Below, one piece after another: positions 48,696-58,287 of a DNA stretch of 64,000 bases. The stretch comes from an uncultured Mollicutes bacterium (GTDB taxonomy: Bacteria; Bacillota_I; Bacilli_A; RFN20; CAG-288). Made by a program: the position numbers and the translations under genes. The notes beneath the pieces were generated by a model. That model was not told where the DNA came from. It saw only the letters and a program-made list of their open reading frames with translations, and did not search any database. Every line of letters begins with the position of its first letter. The first letter of the stretch is position 1. The stretch spans positions 64,926-128,925 of the forward strand of contig UQDS01000002.1 in NCBI GenBank assembly GCA_900539865.1. Direction: 5' to 3'.

Positions 48696-48724
48696 TTGAC
48701 ATCCGTTGTCTTTTGCGTTATCAT
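48696..48724 (+). promoter_or_regulatory. sigma-A promoter TTGACA-17-TATCAT for tRNA-Ile
   Basis: Hexamers at 48696-48701 and 48719-48724. Confidence 0.6.
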
Positions 48725-48744
48725 AATTCTCGCCTTGAAGATAT

Positions 48745-48821
48745 GGGTCTTTAGCTCAGTTGGTTAGAGCGTTCGCTTGATAAGCGAGAGGTCGGTGGTC
48801 CGAGCCCACTAAGACCCACCA
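48745..48821 (+). tRNA. tRNA-Ile (anticodon GAT)
   Basis: Anticodon loop UUGAUAA. Followed by two terminator hairpins (48829-48868 and 48880-48925). Confidence 0.85.
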
Positions 48822-48923
48822 TAGTAAAAAATGCGTCTTCCTGTGAAGACGTTTTTTTTCACCGTTTTCCCCTGAAGAAAAAGGTCCTTAGGTTAATTTC
48901 CTAAGGACCTTTTTTCTTTTCAT

Positions 48924-50231
48924 TTAAACATGAATAATGTCTGTGCTTAAATCGATATCACTGGAAAAATACGCTTTACAAAGCTTTACCATGACTTCAA
49001 TGTCTTTTGTTCCCATAAGCTCATAAGAAGAATGCATCGCAAGCTGTGGTAAACCGATATCTACAGAAGTAAGAGACACTTCTGCATTCGAAATATTACC
49101 GAGTGTAGATCCACCTCTTAAATCGCTGCGATTTGTATATTCTTGATAAGTGAGGTTTTCTTTCTTTGCAATCGCTTTGATAATAGAAGAGGAGTAAGCA
49201 TCACTTGTATAAGTCTGATTTGCATTATACTTGATGACAAAACCTCCGTTGAGCATCACTTTGGTTGTCGGTGATGAATATTCCATGTGATTGGGATGGT
49301 TTGCGTGGGCGTTGTCGATAGAAAGAAGCATCGAGCGGGCAATCGTCTTTTCATAATCGTCTTTTTCCTCTTGGAAACAAGCGACAATTCTTCGTAAAGT
49401 CTCCTGAAGAAAAGTTGAATTTGCACCTTGTTTTGTCAAGCTTCCAACTTCTTCATTATCAAAAGAAGCGTAGACAGAAATGCTCTCTTTATTTTCGCTT
49501 TCTAAATAGCCGAACAAGGCAGAATATGCAGCCGAAAGATCATCTAATCTTCCACTGGCCAAAAACTCTTTATTTTTACCCAATAAGGCAGGCTTTTCGC
49601 GGTTGACTAAATATAAGTCATGAGAAATAACTTGATAAGTCTCATCTAAACCCAGCTTCGTTAATAAATATTTATCAAACGTGAAGTCCTCTTCCACCGT
49701 TCCAAAAACTGGTTTCATATCAACATTTGCATTGTAAGAGGCATTTGTATTTACTGTTCGATTCATATGTATAGCTACATTAGGGATTTCTAGTAAATCT
49801 TCATCAATATAAAGAAGTTTTGTTTCTAAACCCTTAGGTGATAAAACCATCACACGGCCAGCAATAGTCAACGGGCGATCTAACCATGTGGAATAAATAC
49901 CTCCACCATAGGGTTCTGTTTCTAACATCAATAGGTTCATGACCTTAAGAAGAGGTTGAGGCTTCAATTTGAAAGTCGGTGAATCGTTATGGGTCGCTGT
50001 AATCAAAAACCGCAGTGTGTTTATATCCACTCTTTCCGGCAAGCGAAAAGAAATAATACTGGTATCATTTCTTTTTATGTAATATTTTCCGCTGTTCTCT
50101 AAATGATAGTTTTTTCTCTCGTCTAATTTTGTATATCCCTGAGCTACAAGCTCGGTTTCAATATTCTTTACCGCATGAAACGCAGAATGCGATGTGGAAA
50201 GAAGAGAAATTAATTTTTCTGAATAATTCAT
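48924..50231 (-). CDS. M18-family aminopeptidase
   Basis: Full-length similarity to the aspartyl aminopeptidase / aminopeptidase I family. GAGGTGA RBS before MNYSEK. Confidence 0.7.
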   Translation of the reverse strand: MNYSEKLISLLSTSHSAFHAVKNIETELVAQGYTKLDERKNYHLENSGKYYIKRNDTSIISFRLPERVDINTLRFLITATHNDSPTFKLKPQPLLKVMNLLMLETEPYGGGIYSTWLDRPLTIAGRVMVLSPKGLETKLLYIDEDLLEIPNVAIHMNRTVNTNASYNANVDMKPVFGTVEEDFTFDKYLLTKLGLDETYQVISHDLYLVNREKPALLGKNKEFLASGRLDDLSAAYSALFGYLESENKESISVYASFDNEEVGSLTKQGANSTFLQETLRRIVACFQEEKDDYEKTIARSMLLSIDNAHANHPNHMEYSSPTTKVMLNGGFVIKYNANQTYTSDAYSSSIIKAIAKKENLTYQEYTNRSDLRGGSTLGNISNAEVSLTSVDIGLPQLAMHSSYELMGTKDIEVMVKLCKAYFSSDIDLSTDIIHV

Positions 50232-50311
50232 AATAATCACCTCACAAATATTATATATCAAAGCAAAGAAAAACAGCTGCGATAAGGCAGCTGTCTTTTT
50301 TTCCAAAACAA

Positions 50312-50533
50312 TTATTCAGTTAAGCAAAGCTTGTTCTTGAGGAGAACCCAAACCAAGTCAACCCAGCCCCAGAAAGGAACGAGAACAGCGAGAACAATAC
50401 CAAGAATATTTGTTGTCGATGTATCATCGATGACTGCGGTGAGACGAACAATGATTTCGATAATCCAGTTAACACCAGGGATTAAAAGAAGGATAAACTG
50501 AACAAGTCTTGGAAGAGAGTTAAACCATTTCAT
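50312..50533 (-). CDS. small two-TM membrane protein
   Basis: 73-aa hydrophobic ORF. Confidence 0.4.
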   Translation of the reverse strand: MKWFNSLPRLVQFILLLIPGVNWIIEIIVRLTAVIDDTSTTNILGIVLAVLVPFWGWVDLVWVLLKNKLCLTE

Positions 50534-50676
50534 ATAGCATTACCTCCAATATGAAACATTTGACACTTATAGTATAGTACCCTTTCACAGATAAAGCGAT
50601 TATTTTTTACCGAAATCATTTTTTTTGCTGTTTTTGAGAAATTTGTTTCTTTTGATGTGGCATATTAATTTTTTTC

Positions 50677-50705
50677 TTGAAAGAATGTATTTCAAATGAT
50701 AAAAT
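50677..50705 (+). promoter_or_regulatory. sigma-A promoter TTGAAA-17-TAAAAT for the tRNA-Val / tRNA-Thr pair
   Basis: Hexamers at 50677-50682 and 50700-50705. Confidence 0.6.
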
Positions 50706-50721
50706 GATTTAGCTCTCTATT

Positions 50722-50796
50722 GAGTGCTTAGCTCAGCGGGAGAGCGCTTCCTTCACACGGAAGAGGTCGCAGGTCCGATCCCTGTAGCACTCACCA
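50722..50796 (+). tRNA. tRNA-Val (anticodon CAC)
   Basis: Anticodon loop UUCACAC. Confidence 0.8.
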
Positions 50797-50801
50797 TCTT
50801 T

Positions 50802-50877
50802 GCCAACTTAGCTCATCCGGTAGAGCAGCTGATTTGTAATCAGCAGGTGGCTGGTCCGAGTCCGGCAGTTGGCACCA
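50802..50877 (+). tRNA. tRNA-Thr (anticodon TGT)
   Basis: Anticodon loop UUUGUAA. Terminator hairpin at 50888-50920. Confidence 0.85.
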
Positions 50878-50951
50878 TTAGAAAATAAGAAACGACACGT
50901 AAAACGTGTCGTTTTTTTTCTAAAAAATAATTTTCAATTTAAAAAGAGCTT

Positions 50952-52229
50952 TTACAAATTCTCACGCAATCCTTTCGGAAGGTAATTTTTAATGCGATTT
51001 TTGACTTTCTTTCCAAATCCAAGCGGATAACCTAAATAGCATAATACGACCAGACCATCTTTAACAGTTGAGTCAGAAAGGGAAATTTCATTTCCTCTTA
51101 TATACTCTTTAGCCAAACTTTCTTCGATAGAAACTTTTGGTATATCCTGACAAACTTTACTATAAGCGTGATCATAAATACACTTCGGGTAAGGGGAATC
51201 ATCATGAATTTTAACTCCTGGAGCGATAAAAGGAAGATCAATTAATTCTTTATAAATACGAGAAACGATATATTCGTTTTTGCGATATGCAAACAGTTTA
51301 GTTCCTGTCAAAGGAGAACTCCCCTTATTTTTTAATTCCTGGAAAGAAAATTCAGCACCACCCTTTTTACGAAGCAAAGCAAAGTAAATTCCTTCACCAT
51401 CAAAAATTCCAGGTACCATATGGTATCCGATTCCTTTTACTCCTTTAACAATGTCCTTTCTTATCTTGCATTCAATAAGTTCCATATCGGAATGACGTTT
51501 AAGAAATTGTTCTACCTGTTCTTCATCTTCTTGAACAGACAAAGAACATGTACTATAAGCGATTATTCCGTCTTTTTTCAGAAGATGATATGACTTTTCT
51601 AAGAGTTCCATTTGAACAGGAAGCAATCGTTCTACTTTTTCCATCGACCAATCATCTAACATTTTTTCTTCTTTTCTAAACATGCCGCTACCCGAACAGG
51701 GAACATCTAAAATGACAAGATCAAAAGCAGCTGGTAAATCCATCTTCACCGGATCCATAGATACAGAGAGCACATTTGACAAACCCAAACGCTGGGTATT
51801 CTTTTGAATCTCCACTGCTCTGGTATAAGAAATATCATTACAAAGATACAATCCATCATGACGTCGCATCGCAAGAGAGATACTTTTTCCACCCGGTGCT
51901 CCACAAAGATCAATTGATACAAAATTTTGTTTCAATAAAGGAGATAAATAATAACTGATTGTTGCACTGCTCGGATCCAGCATATAAAATGCCCCGCCAA
52001 AATGTTCAACACTTTTTCCTAAAGAAAATGTTTCTTTGTCAAAGCGATACAAAAGAGCATCTTCTTCATCATGTTTTAAATCCTTTAAAAAAGACAAGCT
52101 TTCAGGAAAGTATGTATTGACCAAAAGAGAGGAGACAGGCCTATCTTCACAACACAATAAAAATTGCTTTATTTCTTGTTCTGTACAATATGGGTTTAGA
52201 AGATTTGCAATGTTTTGTAACTTTGTCAT
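50952..52229 (-). CDS. RsmB/RsmF-family SAM-dependent rRNA cytosine-C5 methyltransferase
   Basis: SAM-binding motif DLCGAPGGKS and catalytic DVPCSGSG. Confidence 0.75.
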   Translation of the reverse strand: MTKLQNIANLLNPYCTEQEIKQFLLCCEDRPVSSLLVNTYFPESLSFLKDLKHDEEDALLYRFDKETFSLGKSVEHFGGAFYMLDPSSATISYYLSPLLKQNFVSIDLCGAPGGKSISLAMRRHDGLYLCNDISYTRAVEIQKNTQRLGLSNVLSVSMDPVKMDLPAAFDLVILDVPCSGSGMFRKEEKMLDDWSMEKVERLLPVQMELLEKSYHLLKKDGIIAYSTCSLSVQEDEEQVEQFLKRHSDMELIECKIRKDIVKGVKGIGYHMVPGIFDGEGIYFALLRKKGGAEFSFQELKNKGSSPLTGTKLFAYRKNEYIVSRIYKELIDLPFIAPGVKIHDDSPYPKCIYDHAYSKVCQDIPKVSIEESLAKEYIRGNEISLSDSTVKDGLVVLCYLGYPLGFGKKVKNRIKNYLPKGLRENL

Positions 52230-52308
52230 ATTTTTTGTCTCTCAATTCAATTTTTTTACAAATTTTGTTTGGTATTACTATAAAAACATTCTATCATATA
52301 ATTAAGTT

Positions 52309-52833
52309 ATGACATGGAAGGAAATTTTTATGAATCAGAAAAAAGCATTAATAAAAATGAAAGCCGATAAAAGCAAGGAAGTCCCTCCACTTCACCCCAA
52401 ATCCATGTACAAAGAAGGGGATATTGTCGATGTCGAAAATGGTGTAGATATCTATTTTGCACAAGGTAAAACCCGCTATCAACTTTCTCGTCACGCCTCC
52501 CCATTTTATAGCGGTGAAGAATACTCTTTCACCGGTACACTTGTAAAAGGAGAGGAAGTTTGTTTCACGCATCGTGACGGAACCAAAATTCCTGTTCATG
52601 AAAACTCAAATTGTGGTTATACCTTAGTTGGTAATGCTAGAAAGTATTTTGAAGCCAAGCGCGCACTCTGCGCAAATGGTGAAGCAAGCGATGACCAAGA
52701 ATACATTTATATCAACAAACATTCTGAACTTTATTATGTCGGCGAAACGGAAGAACACACGATTTTCATCCGCGTTTACGACAATGCAAACGGCATAAAT
52801 AATGACCGCTGGGTCGTCATCTATATTTCATAA
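52309..52833 (+). CDS. hypothetical protein, 174 aa
   Basis: Complete ORF with no recognisable motif. Confidence 0.45.
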   Translation: MTWKEIFMNQKKALIKMKADKSKEVPPLHPKSMYKEGDIVDVENGVDIYFAQGKTRYQLSRHASPFYSGEEYSFTGTLVKGEEVCFTHRDGTKIPVHENSNCGYTLVGNARKYFEAKRALCANGEASDDQEYIYINKHSELYYVGETEEHTIFIRVYDNANGINNDRWVVIYIS

Positions 52834-52909
52834 TAAACTGCCTTCGGGCAGTTTTCTTTTTAGAAATAAATTTATGTTATAATATATAACATCATATAGA
52901 GGTATTTTT

Positions 52910-54250
52910 ATGGACATTATCAGCATTATCGAAAAGAAGAAACACGGAGAAGCTCTCACACAAGAGGAAATCCAATATTGGATTAAAGGGCTTTGTGCCG
53001 GCACGATCAAAGACTATCAATCTTCTGCTCTCTTAATGGCGATTTGCCTCAAAGGCATGAACAAAGAAGAGACTTTCAATTTGACCGAAAGCATGATGAA
53101 CTCTGGTGAAATTATCAATTTAAGCAAAATACCCGGAATCAAATGTGACAAGCACTCCACCGGTGGTGTCGGAGATAAGACTTCTTTAGCTCTTTGCCCA
53201 ATGATTGCTGCTTTAGGTGTAAAGGTCGCTAAGATGTCTGGAAGAGGTTTGGGCTTTACCGGAGGCACTTTAGACAAATTAGAGTCCATTCCTGGTATGA
53301 CTGTTGTCATTCCCGGCAAACAATTTATTGATGACGTTACCAAAAACGGTATGTCCATTATCGGGCAAAGCAAAGATATCGATCCTGCCGATAAAAAACT
53401 TTACGCTTTACGCGATGTCACAGGAACGGTTGACAGCATGCCTTTAATTGCCTCTTCTATTATGAGCAAGAAATTAGCAAGTGGATGCGACTGCATTTTA
53501 TTAGATGTCAAATACGGTAGTGGCGCATTCATGAAAACAAAGGAAGATGCGGAAAATTTAGCAATGCTTATGGTCGAAATCGGCACTCACTTCGGACGTG
53601 ATGTGCGCGCTGAAATCACCAGCATGAACCAACCTTTAGGTTTAGCAGTCGGCAACATTCTCGAAGTAAAAGAGGCGATCGATACTCTCCATGGTAATGG
53701 TCCTAAAGACTTTACTGATCTTTGCTATTCTTCTGGCGCTACAATTCTCCTTCAAGCCGGTCTTTATAAAGATAGAGCAAAAGCGATTCAGGCCTTAAAA
53801 GGTGTTGTTGAAGATGGTCGCGCTTTCCAAGTGTTCCGTAAATTTGTCAAAGCACAAGGCGGAGATGTCTCTTATGTTGAACATCCTGAGAAATTCCCTA
53901 CAGCGCTTTATACTATTCCTGTTCGCTCAGTAAAAAGCGGTTATATTAAGGCCATCAACACAATGGAAATTGGTCTTACAAGCATGAAACTTGGTGCAGG
54001 TCGTGAGACTACTGAAGATATCATTGATCCGGCAGCAGGTATCATCTTAAACAAGAAAGTCGGTGACAAAGTCAACAAAGGCGATTTGCTTTTAACTATG
54101 TATTCCGAACGCCCAAATATGAACAATCTTGTCTCCGATGTCCTTAACTATTTTGACTTCTCTGATGTGGAAGTTGAAGTTCCCCACGTCATTGAAGAAT
54201 TGATTTCTTACAACAAACAAACAAAAAGATTTATCATAGAGAAAGAATAA
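52910..54250 (+). CDS. pdp: pyrimidine-nucleoside phosphorylase
   Basis: Glycosyltransferase family 3 fold with the HSTGGVGDKTSL motif. Confidence 0.85.
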   Translation: MDIISIIEKKKHGEALTQEEIQYWIKGLCAGTIKDYQSSALLMAICLKGMNKEETFNLTESMMNSGEIINLSKIPGIKCDKHSTGGVGDKTSLALCPMIAALGVKVAKMSGRGLGFTGGTLDKLESIPGMTVVIPGKQFIDDVTKNGMSIIGQSKDIDPADKKLYALRDVTGTVDSMPLIASSIMSKKLASGCDCILLDVKYGSGAFMKTKEDAENLAMLMVEIGTHFGRDVRAEITSMNQPLGLAVGNILEVKEAIDTLHGNGPKDFTDLCYSSGATILLQAGLYKDRAKAIQALKGVVEDGRAFQVFRKFVKAQGGDVSYVEHPEKFPTALYTIPVRSVKSGYIKAINTMEIGLTSMKLGAGRETTEDIIDPAAGIILNKKVGDKVNKGDLLLTMYSERPNMNNLVSDVLNYFDFSDVEVEVPHVIEELISYNKQTKRFIIEKE

Positions 54251-54263
54251 CGAAAGATAAAAT

Positions 54264-56186
54264 ATGGAAGTACTCTTGTCTGTACAAGGGCTGACAAAGG
54301 AATTTTCAGGCGAACGGCTTTTTGAACCGGTCTCCTTTATTGTGCGTGACCACGATCGCACAGCGATTTTGGGTCCCAATGGAACGGGTAAAAGCACATT
54401 GATCAAAATGATTCTTGGCCAAGAAGAAATCACCGATGGAAATATCATCTTCTCCAAAAATGTGACAATCGGTTATCTGTCCCAAGATGTCATTGAAAAC
54501 ACAGAAAACACGCTTTACCAAGAAGCCCTTTCTGTTTTTTCGCCACTGATAGAAGAAGAAAAGAAGCTCAAAGAGTTGTCAGAACAACTTGCACTTCATG
54601 CAGATGATAAAAAACTACTGGAAGAATACTCTAAACTGCAAAACGATTTTGAAATCAAAGACGGCTATAACTATCGCTATAAAATTGATATGATTTTAAA
54701 TATGTTTTCTTTCAGCAAAATTGATTATGACAGAAAAATATCTACTTTTTCTGGCGGAGAGAAAACGCGTGTTGCCTTTGCAAAACTTCTTTTGATCAAT
54801 CCAGATATTCTTATTCTTGACGAACCAACAAACCATCTTGATATTATATCTATAGAATGGTTAGAAGATTATCTATCTTCTTATCAAGGTGCTGTCTTAT
54901 TTGTTTCACACGATATCGCTTTCGTAAAGCATCTTGCCAATCACATTTTAGACATCGATAATCATGTCTTTACTATGTATAACGCCAACTACGACAACTT
55001 CGCTAAGATGAAGAAAGACAATTACGAAAACGCCTTAGCTCAATTCAAAGCACAAGAAGAAGAAAGAGCTCGCTTAGAGCGCTTTATCACTTTTTACATG
55101 CCAAAGCCACGCTTTGCAAGCCGTGCAAGAGATCGTGTTAAAAAGTTAGAGCGTCTTAATGCAAATGCGATGAAAGATCCTCGTTTCCGAGATCAAAAAA
55201 CTTTATCTATGGGGTTGAAAGGCGAGATACGCGAAGGCAAAAAATTGATGGATTTCAACGATGTTGGAATCGGTTATGACACCCCCTTAATCAGCAATAT
55301 CAATTTCACTTTATATGGAAAAGATCACCTTGCTATCATGGGTGCAAACGGTATCGGAAAATCTACCTTTGGAAAAGTTTTGCTCAATGAACTAGAGCCT
55401 ATTTTAGGAAATATACGCCGCTATTTTCACATGAATATAGGTGTTCTTCGCCAAGATATCCGTTCTTATTCCAGCGATGAAACACTCTTTGATCACTTTA
55501 GAAATCAATATCCAAAAATGTCAAATGAAGAAATTTACAGCGGTTTGGCACGTTACGGATTTACTTATGGAGAGAGCAACGAAAAGCGTTTATGTGATCT
55601 CTCTGGCGGTGAATTGATGCGCGTTGAAATTCTTCAACTTTCCTTAGAAGACTACGATTTACTTTTGTTAGATGAACCGACAAACCATCTTGATATGGTC
55701 TCTATTTCTGAACTTGTCGATGCCTTAAACGATTACGAAGGTACGTTAGTAATCATCTCTCACGACAGAGATTTCATTGATAAAACTTGTAACAAACTCT
55801 TATATCTTTATCATAAAACTGGTTATTACTATGAAGGACCTTATGAAGAGTTTAAAGAGAGACAACTACAAAAGATCATCCAAGAAGAAAAAGAAAAACT
55901 CGAATTAGAAAATGCTCAGCGGAAAGAAGAGAAGAAATCGGCGCTTTTAGAAGCAAAAAAACAAGTGATTCCCGAAGTGAAAAAATCGCGTCTCACTCGT
56001 GAATCTCCTGAGAAAATCCTTGAAAAAATCGACCGAGCTGAAAAGAAGAAAAAAACTTGTTGCGACGCTTGTTATCTTGAAGAAAATTATACCGACAACG
56101 ATAAAATGAAAGCGTTAGAGGAAGAAATTCAAAAATTGGATCAGAAATTAGAAAAACTGTACGAAGACCTCGATCTTGCTATGTGA
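54264..56186 (+). CDS. ABC-F family ATPase (tandem ABC domains, no TM)
   Basis: Two Walker A motifs (GPNGTGKST, GANGIGKST), two LSGGE signatures and a C-terminal coiled-coil. Confidence 0.85.
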   Translation: MEVLLSVQGLTKEFSGERLFEPVSFIVRDHDRTAILGPNGTGKSTLIKMILGQEEITDGNIIFSKNVTIGYLSQDVIENTENTLYQEALSVFSPLIEEEKKLKELSEQLALHADDKKLLEEYSKLQNDFEIKDGYNYRYKIDMILNMFSFSKIDYDRKISTFSGGEKTRVAFAKLLLINPDILILDEPTNHLDIISIEWLEDYLSSYQGAVLFVSHDIAFVKHLANHILDIDNHVFTMYNANYDNFAKMKKDNYENALAQFKAQEEERARLERFITFYMPKPRFASRARDRVKKLERLNANAMKDPRFRDQKTLSMGLKGEIREGKKLMDFNDVGIGYDTPLISNINFTLYGKDHLAIMGANGIGKSTFGKVLLNELEPILGNIRRYFHMNIGVLRQDIRSYSSDETLFDHFRNQYPKMSNEEIYSGLARYGFTYGESNEKRLCDLSGGELMRVEILQLSLEDYDLLLLDEPTNHLDMVSISELVDALNDYEGTLVIISHDRDFIDKTCNKLLYLYHKTGYYYEGPYEEFKERQLQKIIQEEKEKLELENAQRKEEKKSALLEAKKQVIPEVKKSRLTRESPEKILEKIDRAEKKKKTCCDACYLEENYTDNDKMKALEEEIQKLDQKLEKLYEDLDLAM

Positions 56187-56378
56187 ACGTCATTGAGAGT
56201 GAATTCGTTTTGTTCACTCTCTTTTCTTTTCATATCGCAAATCACATTCTATTTGACTTATTTTTAAAATGTAAGCATTTTTATTCTCAAAAGAAGAAAA
56301 AAAGATTTATAAAGTTATTAGTAGTTTATATAATAAAAAACGTTTGTATATTATTAGTTATTTGTTAGGAGATGAGTT

Positions 56379-58214
56379 ATGAACGAAAACATTAGAAATG
56401 TTGCCATCATCGCACACGTTGACCACGGAAAGACCACCTTAGTGGATGCTCTTTTAAAGAAGAGTAACACCTTCCGCGACAATGAAAAAGTCAGCAGCCG
56501 CGTTATGGATAGCAACCCGTTGGAACACGAAAGAGGCATCACAATTTTAGCCAAAACAACAGCAGTCGAATACAAAGGAGTAAAAATCAATATCGTCGAC
56601 ACTCCTGGACACGCTGATTTTGCTGGCGAAGTCGAAAGAATCATGAATATGGTAGATGGTGTTTGTCTTTTGGTTGACGCTTTTGATGGTCCGATGCCAC
56701 AAACCCGTTTTGTTTTAAAGCAAGCGATCTCCTATCATTTAAAAACAGTTGTTGTCATCAATAAAGTAGATCGTCCCGGCGCAGATGCTGAGAGAGCTTT
56801 AAATGAAGTTTTAGAGCTCTTCATGGATTTAGGCGCCGATGATTCCCAGCTTGATTTCCCAGTCATCTACACCTCTGCTTTAAACATGACTTCTTCTTAC
56901 ACTGCAGATCCTAACGATCAAAAAGATGGCATGGATCCGCTCTTTGATACGATTCTTAAGACGATTCCCGCGCCGAGTGCCGATGAATCTAAACCGCTTC
57001 AATTCCAACCTTCTTTGCTTGATTACAACCGTTATGTAGGAAGAATTGGTATCGGAAGAATCGACAGAGGCAAAATCCGTTTAGGTGACACATTAACTTG
57101 TATCAGACTCGATGGAAAAACCACACAATTTAAAGTAGCAAAGCTCTTCTCTTATCAGGGCTTAAATAGAGTTGAAGTAGAAGAAGCTCACTCTGGTGAT
57201 ATTTGTGGCATTGCCGGTCTTCCTGATATTTCTGTCGGTGAAACTGTCTGTCCTAACAACTGCCTGGAACCTTTGCCACCTCTCCGTATCGATGAGCCGA
57301 CCATGAAGATGGAATTCGGTGCCAACACCTCCCCGTTTGCCGGAAAAGAAGGAACTCTTTTAACAGCACAAAAAATCGCAGACTTCCTCTATGAAGAGTC
57401 GCAAAAAGATGTCTCTATGAGAATTGAAGTTTCGGCAACAAACGAATCCTATATTGTCACGGGTAGAGGCGAACTTCACCTTTCTGTCTTAATTGAAACA
57501 ATGCGCCGCACCGGATTTGAATTACAGGTTTCCAAACCGATGGTCATCACAAAAGTCATCGATGGCGTTGAATGTGAACCGTTTGAAGATTTACAAATTG
57601 ACGTTCCAGATGAATACGCCGGCGCTGTCATGCAACTGGTTGGTGGAAGATGTGCTGAAACAATCAATATGACAAGCGAGAATGGTCAGACTCGTTTGGT
57701 TTATATCATTCCTTCTCGCGGTTTAATTTCCTTCATGAATAACTTTATGACTTTAACCAAAGGTTATGGTATTATCAATCACTCCTTCCGTGAATTCCGT
57801 CCCAAGATCAACAAAGCTATCGGCCAAAGAAATGTCGGTGTCTTAGTCTCTTACGAACAAGGAAAATCCACTGCTTACGCTATCAAATCTGCAGAAGAAA
57901 GAGGCACCATGTATATCGGTCCCGGTGTCGAAGTTTACGAAGGTATGATTGTTGGCGAAAACAAGTATCAAAATGACTTAGTCGTCAATGTGTCTAAAGA
58001 CAAATCTTTGGGCAACCAAAGAAGTGCAAACAAAGACGTCACTGTTGTCTTAAAATCCCCTCGCAAGATGTCTTTAGAAGATTGCTTAGACTATATCAAC
58101 AACGATGAACTTGTTGAAGTCACTCCAAAATCTATCCGTATGAGAAAACGTATTCTCAATACAGAAGTGAGAAAGAAATACGAAGCTCATCATCCTGAAG
58201 AATACGAAAAATAA
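56379..58214 (+). CDS. typA: translational GTPase TypA/BipA
   Basis: AHVDHGKTT G1 motif and EF-G-like domains. Confidence 0.9.
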   Translation: MNENIRNVAIIAHVDHGKTTLVDALLKKSNTFRDNEKVSSRVMDSNPLEHERGITILAKTTAVEYKGVKINIVDTPGHADFAGEVERIMNMVDGVCLLVDAFDGPMPQTRFVLKQAISYHLKTVVVINKVDRPGADAERALNEVLELFMDLGADDSQLDFPVIYTSALNMTSSYTADPNDQKDGMDPLFDTILKTIPAPSADESKPLQFQPSLLDYNRYVGRIGIGRIDRGKIRLGDTLTCIRLDGKTTQFKVAKLFSYQGLNRVEVEEAHSGDICGIAGLPDISVGETVCPNNCLEPLPPLRIDEPTMKMEFGANTSPFAGKEGTLLTAQKIADFLYEESQKDVSMRIEVSATNESYIVTGRGELHLSVLIETMRRTGFELQVSKPMVITKVIDGVECEPFEDLQIDVPDEYAGAVMQLVGGRCAETINMTSENGQTRLVYIIPSRGLISFMNNFMTLTKGYGIINHSFREFRPKINKAIGQRNVGVLVSYEQGKSTAYAIKSAEERGTMYIGPGVEVYEGMIVGENKYQNDLVVNVSKDKSLGNQRSANKDVTVVLKSPRKMSLEDCLDYINNDELVEVTPKSIRMRKRILNTEVRKKYEAHHPEEYEK

Positions 58215-58230
58215 AGTTTACATATAGAAA

Positions 58231-58260
58231 ATGGTTCGGTTAAACCGAACCATTTTTGTT
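58231..58260. terminator. bidirectional terminator between typA and the ABC transporter gene
   Basis: ATGGTTCGGTT-taa-ACCGAACCAT followed by a T-run. Confidence 0.75.
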
Positions 58261-58287
58261 GTAACTTTATTTAAAAGACAAACGTTA